Below are positions 53,221 to 64,000 of a stretch of DNA of 64,000 bases, one piece after another (within the stretch, counting starts at the first letter, position 1; each line of letters begins with the position of its first letter). Source of the stretch: Octopus bimaculoides (taxonomy: Eukaryota); assembly GCF_001194135.2 (NCBI RefSeq), contig NC_068986.1, positions 7,439,286 through 7,503,285 on the forward strand, in the 5' to 3' direction. The translations under genes and the position numbers were made by a program. The notes under the pieces are model-generated. The model had not been told where the DNA came from. It worked only from the letters and a program-made list of their open reading frames with translations, and ran no database searches.

Positions 53221-54342
53221 CGTATCTTTATGCCCATTTTTAAATCGACATCTGTAGAAGCAATGTATTTGCTTATTTCTTGTAATTTAACCAAGACAAA
53301 TATCAAACTTTAAATCACTTGGCTCGATATTATCGATTAAAGCAAATCAAGGCGATACTCCATGCATGCTTGCAATCTAATGACTGAAACTAGTAAAAGT
53401 GTAACATTGCATAATAAATTTGAGCATTTATTACGTGTGTCACATTCAATTTCCCTTGAAAAAGTAGACCTTTTGAAGAAACAGCGATGTATTTTTTTGT
53501 CTACTGTAGTTTCGTAATAAATTAGTTGAAACTAAAGGCAGTCGGGGTAAATGTATTTAGGTCGATACTGCATTTCATTCTTTTGTGTGTCTGGGATGAT
53601 AGAATTGTAACAGAACATTCAATAATGTATGTGCTGTCTCACATTCTAAACTTGCTTTCGTCACATAATAGCAAATGAAATATTACTTTTCCTTCGGCCA
53701 GTTATCGCGAAGTGAACTTTCATATAACACTTTCATTTTAACAGTAGTTTCAATTTTCAACGACTATTAGTGTCTGAAAGTAAATAAGATCGAAGAATAT
53801 TTACCGAGAGATACTCTAAGGTCGCAAGCAAAACAATTCATCAAAAGGAAGACATTGACTATTTGTTTATCATTTACCAGAAGCAGGAAATGTCGCACAT
53901 AGATTTTATTTTTTGAATATTATTTTCCATTTACTTTACATAATTTTAGTTGGATAAATACCTTCTTAAAGTCAATAAATTTAGCTTGGTGGAGATTTTT
54001 GGATATTTAGTAAATATATCGATTTATCGATCCTTTTGACATCTATTATATATCTGATATTGAAAATTGCAAAGCGGTTTAATAAAATTTAAAAAAAACC
54101 TAACAAACATACATTACTGGATAGTAGAGATTGTCAGCGTAATGTATTTTTGCTTTTTTCATCCATATGTTTAAACTAATCAGCTAAAAGATCCTCATTA
54201 ATTAATTTCAAAATACTTTTCTTGTTCTCTCTTGTAATATAGTATTGTACATCGTCCTGCCTGCTGCTTTATTTCTATTCTATGTAAGTAATCTCGTCAT
54301 TCAATAAACCTTTTACTTCTATGGCTCTTTTGAACATCGTAA

Positions 54343-54373
<31 letters not shown>

Positions 54374-54453
54374 ATAAAGTAAAGTTGTGGAATACCGTAC
54401 GAGTGGAAATATATATGAAAGAAGGTTTGAAAATGCACTTATTTTTAAAAATA

Positions 54454-54489
<36 letters not shown>

Positions 54490-54770
54490 TCATTTGTGTT
54501 GACTACATTCAGTCATTATTTAAACGAAACATTTCACTTGTAATCATACCTTCTTCTTTAAATACTTCTTGTCATATATACGCAATTTCTGGACAGATTT
54601 TCGATATTTTCCCTTAAAGAGTATTAATAAATTTGCTTCTTCTGGTCCTTTACACTCTGATTCGAAATCTCGTGAGGATCAACTTTATCGTTGCTCATTT
54701 AGGAGTCGAAATATATACATACGTACATATGTATTTACATACATACATATATACATACAGACAGACAGAC

Positions 54771-54824
<54 letters not shown>

Positions 54825-54947
54825 ATATGTGAGTAGGTATACATATATTTATATATATTAGAGGAAAAACAAAACCAGGGCAGGACGAGTATCTCAAGTT
54901 ATTTAAAAAACTTAATTAGAGTAAGCTGAATGTGAGGTAATTAATTA

Positions 54948-55257
54948 ATTAATTACTGGATGTCTTACACCTGTTTTTGGGAAATCCCAAGTGATAGGTT
55001 TACATCTCCATACACTGGATGTTTCGTCATCAGCGACAAGGTGGGTATGGATGAAGGTTCTAGACGGAATTAACAGATTATAAAAGAATGAAATAGTAGA
55101 TAGAAGAATAAAGAGTGAAATAATAGATACGTATTCTATCTTCTGTTTTATTCTTCTATCTACGGTTTTACTCTGATGACGGAATACCCAGTATATAGAG
55201 ATGTTAACCTATCACTTGGGATTTACCAAGAAACAGCTGTAAGACATCAAATAATTA

Positions 55258-55258
<1 letters not shown>
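54948..55258. mobile_element. Inverted repeat of about 86-bp arms, each carrying a hammerhead-like motif, with a nested 17-bp inner inverted repeat
   Basis: Arms 54948-55033 and 55173-55258; right arm CTGATGA-C-GG…CC-AA-GAAA-CAGCTGT-A-AG; inner IR 55096-55112 / 55147-55163. Confidence 0.85.
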
Positions 55259-55306
<48 letters not shown>

Positions 55307-57067
55307 CGTGTGTGAGAGTATGTATGTATACGCATATATATATATATATATGATATATATGTATGTGTGTGCATATATATGTATGTATATATATATATAT
55401 GTATACATATACATACATGTATATATATATGTACATACATACATACATACACACATACTCACACACATGTAAATATATTTATCACGATATGTGAATCATA
55501 CTAAGCGCATACGCATTGGTGAAGGCATGATGTTGCGGTATTGTATGAGATGCAAATTTCTTCAGAGACTTGTGTTAAAAACTCAATTTATATCGGATTC
55601 AGGCACCTCAGGAAAGGCAAAACGCGTCTGGGTTAATATTTATGTTTATTACTTTGTAATGCTCTCATCACAACTTTAACAAAGCCGAAACAATCCCGTA
55701 TTAGTGTTTTGTACATCTGAAGAATTATCTACATTTGTATTCTTGACAAAACCATGGCAAGTCTTCCTGTTATGTAATACTTAGCGAAATTTGATTTCGT
55801 GTAGTACCGATATAATGACGCTTATTATAATCCAAGTGTCGAGGGCGTTAAGCGTAGTAAACGTTGTCCAGAAATCCTAGAGCTTTCAGAAAAGACAGAT
55901 AAAAGTTCACTGTATTGAATGTTAATGAATGAAAGCTCTTGCTTATTGTTTCATGGCTGATAATTTTCTATGAATGATTGGGATGGTTTGTAAATCGGTA
56001 AAATTTCCCAATCCGTAATAAATTCTTCCAATAAAATCAATATTAAAGCGAGTCGCAGCTGCTCTGAAAATCTTCAGTGCAAAACTTTTATTAACATACA
56101 TAGGGGTCAACCACACAACTGTTAAATATAGAATTGTACTCTCCATAAGGTAAACACCTAAAGAACAACAGCATATGCCGATCTGGTTCCTCCACTAGTC
56201 ACGCACCAACATGTTATATAAGAGAAATATATAAAAGTCTTCATTAGCCAATCTGATACCCCGTTGCCACCGTCGCTATGATTTAAGTGCAAATATAGAA
56301 GTTGAGAGATCTGTTTGAGTAGTGGTGGATGCGACGTAGGCCTTTAAAAGCGCATGAAAATACTCCTACATATCTCTGAGAAAGAAACTTCAAATTATTT
56401 GTCTACTCTAATCTTAAATGAAAAAGCGAACTAAATTCGATTTGATGTCCAAATTCTTCCTCACTATTACACTGATTACTTCTCTTTGTCTGGTTAATTA
56501 AGTTCTTTTTCTCACTATATATATTCAATTTCTACTGTAATTTTAATTGAAAGTACATTCATTCTGTGATCTGAAACACATTATTAAATAATGGAATAAC
56601 CCTAGCACCACACACATTTAACTCTACTATGAAATCCTTCCATTCGTTTATTTCCATATTTCGTTTAAATTTTTCTTCAACTTCTTCTTTTACTTCTTTA
56701 TTCTTATTTTCAAATGTATCGTTTGCTAACTTTATGCATAATAAATGGTAAAATCTTCTAAATTTTAGTTTCAATACTGAAAACACGTTGTAAATTGTAA
56801 CAAAATAAAGAAAATATTTTGTTTTTAACTTCATTGGAGCACTTTACAGAGCTTGAAGATCCATTTGACTAGAACAAACTAAACTAGAACGCCTTTCTCT
56901 ATGCGTTTTATAATGTAAAAGCATGGTGTTCGGTAAATATGCACACATATGCACACACACACATATATACGTATGTATCTATATGCATACACGCATATGA
57001 GAATGCGCATACAAGATTATTTATATTCATCTAAGAATTCATATAGGCATATGTATGCATACATACA

Positions 57068-57099
<32 letters not shown>

Positions 57100-58391
57100 C
57101 ATATATATATATGTATATGTATATATTTATATATACTTATACGTTTATATACATGTATTTATCTCTTATGCTTACACACGTACATATATGTTTACTTATG
57201 AATGTGTTTATACTATCGTATAAAGCCAAGGAAGCAGAGTATACCAAACAAATTATGTAATATCTTTTTAATAAAGTTTAAGAAAATGAGGAAAACTGTT
57301 TACATGTTTTTGCTCATAAATATTTTCGTTGCTTTTATATATTGATAAATTTCAGAAATGGTTGGTAGATACTTGAAAATGAATTCTGGCGTGAACATTG
57401 GTAATATATTGAAAATAAACTGTAATATTATATATTGGATTTGTTAATTTTTACATTGAAATATATAAACCCCAAAGTTTCAGAATATTTTCTCCAAGAG
57501 CATAAAGATGATTTTATGTGACCTGTTTGTGATAGTTTATAATGCAGGCAACGAAAGTTTTCCTAATTTGCGTTGTTAAGTAACTGTTAAATGTCGTTGT
57601 GATAATAGAAAATTAAAGTTTGATAATTTTTCAATTGTTTCTTCCTAATATTTCCTCACACTTTGATTCCGATTTCATGGTGTGGTTGGAATGTAAACAA
57701 TATGTTTTCCTTTTTTACTTTCTTTGATACTAATTCCCGAGATTTCTTGTTTCGGATAATATTTGTATGATCTTGTAACCAAATCATCACAGTGTGTATA
57801 ACATGTTCAAAAAAATATTTACTCATATTGTACTTTCACTTTTTTAAAGCACGACCACTCTTTCTTGAAACGATTATTTCTAAGATAAATTATGAAATAA
57901 ATTTCGAAGATAAATTTCTCTCATAGTATTCCGTTAGGGGAATCTAAAGGTATTATTTCTATTCACCATTCTGCATTACATATATTGCAAAATCACAAAT
58001 AAATATTATATAAACTGGTATTAATGTTTCGAAAGATAGTTCTACACTCTACGTCATTGTCAGGTTCAAAAAATCTTTGCGTATTGACGCCTTTGTTAAT
58101 GTAATCTGACAGCTGCGGTAGGTTTTTGGTCTCGCTCTTGATTACATATACAAACATAAACACACACACACACGCACACACACACACACACTTCTTTTGT
58201 GCTCTTTGTACCCGTGGGTTGGATGCAAACTTATGATTTATACTGGCTCATTCAAAAACTCGCCTACGCTAGCAGAGTTTCTCGCTTAGCGTCCTGAGTT
58301 GGTGCTTTAGAATAATTAGCTTTCTCTTGAGAGATGGGTTGAAAGAGTCACCGTAGGTTTTGTTAATCTATGCATAAGATGTAACTGATGA

Positions 58392-59175
58392 GGAAAGGTT
58401 CCTAAACTTGGAAAATGGGTGCCTCATGAATTGTCCGAAAACAACCGCAAATCCCGAGTTGGCTTTTGCTCTTCTCTCCATTCTCGCGAACTCATTTCAC
58501 CCTTTTTGGATAGACTTGTGACTGGTGACGAAAAATGGATCTTCTATTGAAATGTTAAACGTCGTAAACAGTGTCTTGCTAAAAGGGAAAAAGCTCAACC
58601 CCAATTGAGAAGGGAAATTCATGGGAAAAAGGTTCTTCCCTTTATCTGGTGGGATTGCAAAGGAGTAATTCACTTTGAATTGTTACCACCTAATGCAACT
58701 ATCAACGCTCAAGTCTACTGTCAGCAATTAGAGCGTTTGAACTAAGCTTTGAAGAGAAAAAGACCCGCTTTAGTGAATCGAAAAGGAGTGATGTTTCATC
58801 AGGACAATGCGTGACCCCACACTGCAAAGGTCACATCACAGAAGATGGAAGAGCTTGGTTGGGAAAAAATTCCTCATCCACCTTGTAATCCCGACCTTGC
58901 TCCTTCAGACTACCATTTGTTTCGTAGTTTACAGAATCATTTGGGTGACATAACTTTCGCAAGCCAGGAGGAGGTCGAAACTGACATTTCAGAGTTCTTC
59001 GCTTTGAAACCAAAAGAGTTATACATTGAGGGATTAAAAAGTTTGTAAATAGATGGAAGGAAGTCAGAGATAATCAGGGAAAGTACATTGATGATTAAAT
59101 TTCAATTAAACATAACATTTGATCACTTGTTTTCTTTATTCAAAATTCGGACAGAACTTATGGAATGACCTGATA
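58392..59175 (+). mobile_element. Mariner (DD34D) transposase relic, 5'-truncated, with 3' TIR
   Basis: KLGKWVPHEL, VTGDEKW, HQDNA*PH, HPPCNPDLAPSDYHLF; 34 residues between the second and third D; three stops and one frameshift; TIR ends …gacctga-TA. Confidence 0.95.
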
Positions 59176-59845
59176 AATTAAATCTCATGATGCAAAAAAG
59201 ATAAATGCAATTGAGTGACCATAGTTGCTGTACATCAAGTTTCTGCCACCGAGGTTAATGAAACAGAGATGAATACGCATTATGGATAACTATAATGTGG
59301 TCTGTTCACAAATATAGTGTTTGTGGTCACAGGCTTTGCTAATACAGAGCAATTGATAGAGTATTTACTTATTCATAGTACATATATAAACATATATTCA
59401 TTGTTATGTGCAAAGAGGAATATTTTTCGAAGGACGAATATTATACCATGGTGATAGGTCTCTTTTATTTTGCTGCGAAAGATGATAACAATGATAAAAA
59501 GTAATTAACATATCAATTATCTGCCAAACTCAGAAGCTATGTTAGTATTCTGGGATGATATTTCACATTAAATAATATCTGCGTTCTCCATTTATAGTTA
59601 TTCAAAAGTAACAATTGTATATTCGGCATCGATTTAGATCGNNNNNNNNNNNNNNNNNNNNNNNNNNNNNNNNNNNNNNNNNNNNNNNNNNNNNNNNNNN
59701 NNNNNNNNNNNNNNNNNNNNNNNNNNNNNNNNNNNNNNNNNNNNNNNNNNNNNNNNNNNNNNNNNNNNNNNNNNNNNNNNNNNNNNNNNNNNNNNNNNNN
59801 NNNNNNNNNNNNNNNNNNNNNNNNNNNNNNNNNNNNNNNNNNNNN

Positions 59846-59912
<67 letters not shown>

Positions 59913-60561
59913 ATAAAACCAACATAAAAGAGATAATGATAAAATAAGATATAAATAACTGTTTAGCGTTAACAGGTGACGTCCAGTTAGCGAGATAAAG
60001 AGTGGTTGTAAGGGAAATCCAAGTGAGCAGATATGGAGACAACGATGCGAATAAATAGATAAAATTATTTTATACACAGAATATATATATCTATGTATAC
60101 ATGTAAATAAAGGAAAATCAAAGACTGAACAATTTCCAGATTACTAACATTCCAGTATAAATATACATATATACTTATATATTACTATATTACTAGAGCA
60201 AACTTATATTACATAGACTGAAAGAATTACAGCGGAGAGGGTATGATGTTACAGGCGTTGCGTTGTGTTCTTCAGCAAAACTCTTCATTTCACGTTGTTT
60301 TGTGATTATTTCATGATTTGACATGTGACACGTCATCCACCTTTACAGGTAATGTCAATTTGATAGAGGGAATGAACTTATCTGAATATAAACATTTGAT
60401 CTTTATAAACAAATCATCTGTGTGATTGTTCAGCAAATAATTGCAGAACCCTCATACATCATCTAACGACAGGAGAGTCCATTAGGTATGTAGGAAATAC
60501 ATACACGCACACACACACACACACTCATACACATACACACTCATACACACACACACACACA

Positions 60562-60810
60562 CACAGAAGGTGGGTAAATTGTCGTCCTTTTATGTTTTTA
60601 ATTTCGCGCATGCGCATCGTTTGTTTTGGATTTTATCGACTACACAGTATAACAGGATCTGTAACCGTCTGTGAGAAAAACAACACCATGATGCAGTTAG
60701 CTCTGTCAGAAATTTGGAATCGACATCCTGTACTGCTTGGCATTCGCGCCGGAAATTCCAATACGAACATTTCAGAATGTCTGTGTGTCAGTCTGAAGAC
60801 ATGTACTGAA
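60562..60810 (+). mobile_element. Tc1/mariner-like 5' relic
   Basis: TIR-like cagaaggtgggtaaattgtc; ATG at 60688 gives …RHPVLLGIRAGNSNTNISECLCVSLKT, an HTH-like N-terminus. Confidence 0.55.
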
Positions 60811-60924
60811 TGTAATAAAAATTAAACATCCAGTCAACATCATGGTGTTTGAAGTGATCACTAGTGATGATGACGTTATGCCTCCATTTATCTGCACACA
60901 CGGCTGCAGACTCAACATATATAT

Positions 60925-60928
<4 letters not shown>

Positions 60929-61021
<93 letters not shown>

Positions 61022-61030
61022 GAGAGAGAA

Positions 61031-61060
<30 letters not shown>
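60929..61060. repeat. (GA)n followed by (GATA)n
   Basis: Direct observation. Confidence 0.95.
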
Positions 61061-61061
<1 letters not shown>

Positions 61062-61109
61062 TATGCATGCATGGATGTATTTATGTATGTATGCATGTAT
61101 ATATGAATG

Positions 61110-61470
61110 TACCCCAGTCGTTGACTCATTAACGGTGCTGCGTTACGTTGACTTTGAGCAGGTGTTCTGTAATGTTTGCACATGACAAAAGTTTTGATAA
61201 GAATGTTTGAAATATATTCTGTTGTGTTGATGTATATGTAATAGGGGTTTCTCTATATGTTTCCTACGACATATAGGACATATAGAGTCTATTTTCGTCG
61301 ACTTGCATAGAAAGGTGGTATCTTGACGACAATTTACAGCAGCTGCTGATCGCATGTGTGATATATTCCACAGAAATGTGACATAATCAAAGTTTTCGGC
61401 TGCCTCTTGGAGCTACAAGTATTCACTGTCTCTTTTGTTCATAAAGAATTAAGTAGCAATCAACTATTCT
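61110..61470 (-). mobile_element. Old R4/Dong-like LINE fragment (CCHC finger region)
   Basis: LCHISVEYITHAISSCCKLSSRYHLSM and IKTFVMCKHYR align to 62970-63220. Confidence 0.75.
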
Positions 61471-61854
61471 TCCATTGCAAACGCATGGCCTTGTAAGTGT
61501 GCTGTCATTTAACGGTCACGAGTCCAAGAGAGGCTGCCTTGGTGTCGCTGTTTGTGCCATCTTCCAGTTTTCGAGAAACAAACACATGCATAGTCGTTGT
61601 TTGGCATGCAGCGTACAATACAACGAAATTATCTTTGAGGTTCATAATACATACATACATATGGTGGTTGTCTACTCCTTAAACAGAGTTTGACCACCTC
61701 CTGCACCTACACCTTAGCCCTTTCATGGCGTCTGATGTGGCTTTTTAAACCAGACAGTGTTTTGAAAAAACACCCACACAGATTGCACCTCTGATTTGCA
61801 CTGCCAATACCTGCAATACATACATACATACATACATACATACATACATACATA

Positions 61855-62083
<229 letters not shown>

Positions 62084-62567
62084 GTATATATACTGTTCGG
62101 CACTTTCCGGACTCACTTCACCGTTAGTGTTTATATAAATGTATATATATAACTGTGTGTGTGTTTGTAAACACTTAGCTGTAATTGTTTATATGTACTT
62201 ATGTGTATACATACATATACAGGCGCGCGCGCGCACACACACTCACACACAGATAACTATGCATGAATCTGAGTGTGTATGTGTCTTTGTTGAAATTGGC
62301 TAATTATTGTAAATTACTAAAGCTTAATCATGTTTCAATATTAAATGAATCGTTATATTTGGAGGATATATTGGCGTTTCTTTACGACGTCATCTTCAGT
62401 ATTACACAAGAAAAAGTGAATGTTAACAAGAATATGGAATCTTTTGATGTTTTATTTATCCATTTTGAATTATTGAGGCACAAAACACGTCATATCTCAT
62501 CTTTGAAAATACATTTCAAACACAAGATCATTTAACTTATATTGCTTGCTAAACACGCATTCCTCCC

Positions 62568-62599
<32 letters not shown>

Positions 62600-62633
62600 C
62601 ATACATACATGCATGCATGCATACATACATGCA

Positions 62634-63764
62634 TCAGAAGACTAGGAAGGCATCTCCTTGAGCAGTATTCCTTGTCTGATAATCCTAAATACATGCCCAA
62701 AGAAGTCGCACGACTGTATTGCAACATATCAGATAAAAGGATGGGCATATATGAGCGGAAGACCATGCACGGATATGTTAGTAGAAAGATCCGAGATGAT
62801 AGTAACATTGATCACCAAAGCAGTTTATTATGGATCAACAACAGGGTCACTAACTCCCACTTTGAAGTGTATGCGTTTGAAATCCAGGAACTGGAAATAT
62901 CAACGAAATACCTGATGCACAAATGGGATAGAGATGCAGGAAAAGCAGTAAAATGTGATAACCGAAGCAGACTTTGTGGAGTTAACATTGAAGATATCAC
63001 TCACATCATAAGCAGCTATCCGAAAATGCCATCACGGTATTATCTACCGATGAAACATGATGCTATAGCTATGGCACTGTATAATGAAATCCGTCGGAAG
63101 GATAACCCCGAGGAAAAAGAAATAAGACCCCACAGTATGGTGGTAGCCATAGCCACTCATAATAAAAAGGAATACTGGGGGAATGTCCCAGTGAAAACCT
63201 CAATAAAATAAACGCAATAGAACTGATATCATGCTTTGGGATAGAGAAAAGAAACTGTGTATAGTTGTAAAAATCAGCTGCCCAGCAGAGGTTAACATAA
63301 AGCTGAAGATCAATGTAAAAGAGAATACATACGTTAAACTATTGAGAAATATGCAGTTATCCTATCCAGATTATAACTTCGGATTTATACCTGTAATTAC
63401 TAGAGCACTGGGATATGTAACATACTGTATAAATACCAATCTTGAGAAATTAGACTTTTTAAAACAAGAAAGAAGAAATTCGATTCGAAGACTACATATC
63501 CAATACATCACTGGAACTGGAAAATTCTGTAAAACTTTCCAGAACTTTATCCTTTAAGTATATATGAGCATGTCTAGATATGTAACTATATGCATGAGAA
63601 GACATACATAAAAGAAAACATACAAATGCACGTATATACACATACATGCAAACAAAAATACCCAGTTGTTGATGTTGAAATTCCACTGAAGGAGCATTGG
63701 ATCTAGGTTAGAAACCGGTTCTTTCTCTATTGGTAAGAAAGCTTGAAATAAAACTAGACAATGA
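62634..63764 (+). mobile_element. R4/Dong-like REL LINE, 5'-truncated, with 3' UTR
   Basis: MHGYVSRKI…, decayed CCHC finger SRLCGVNIEDITHIISSYP, MKHD (RHD motif), DIMLWDREKKLCIVVKISCP, FIPVITRALG; (CATA)n on both sides. Confidence 0.92.
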
Positions 63765-63960
63765 TATACATACATATAGGCAGACAGAAAAGTAGATTTA
63801 GATCTCTATGTATGTGTGTGTTTGTATACAGACACAAACGTATTCGATATATAGTTTCTGTTTTCTTTTATTGCCATGGTATTTTCTTTCTAGTTTTAGT
63901 TACTTACATTAATAATTATATACACTCACTGTTTACCTACCAGCATAAATGTATATATAC

Positions 63961-64000
<40 letters not shown>

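Noticed and set aside
56559-56834. 91-aa Lys/Glu-rich minus-strand ORF
   Set aside because: Composition follows the A-rich DNA; weak splice signals and no recognisable motif
58386-58407. CTGATGAGG…CCTAAAC hammerhead-like string
   Set aside because: GAAA is absent and stems I/III are missing; it arises at the mariner truncation junction
60275-60348. Plus-strand segment with a good acceptor and donor
   Set aside because: Stops in all three frames, so it is not coding; a non-coding exon cannot be supported without RNA data
61143-61355. Host zinc-finger ORF (…CPICRRKH…)
   Set aside because: An off-frame reading of an R4-like LINE fragment whose true frame gives the CCHC finger

Overview
This is AT-rich, microsatellite-dense eukaryotic DNA with about 15 N-gaps, nearly all next to microsatellites. 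The tRNA-derived SINE families and LINE tails resemble those of octopus, so an octopod genome is inferred but not proven. No complete, nameable protein-coding gene is visible, and most ORFs in the track are microsatellite or N-run artefacts. The recognisable content is transposon debris: a Penelope-like (PLE) reverse-transcriptase relic, several R4/Dong-like REL-endonuclease LINE fragments, a Tx1/L1-like element with its endonuclease and RT deleted, an RTE LINE, four Tc1/mariner relics or MITEs, and SINEs. A few candidate host exons have good splice signals but no identifiable product. The most notable signal is a set of minimal hammerhead-ribozyme-like motifs from several unrelated sequence families. 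One lies just 5' of the PLE ORF, and others sit inside two long inverted duplications (50.1-50.5 kb and 54.9-55.3 kb). A second signal is the repeated (TACA)n flanking of one REL LINE family. All protein-family and ribozyme assignments were made by eye.
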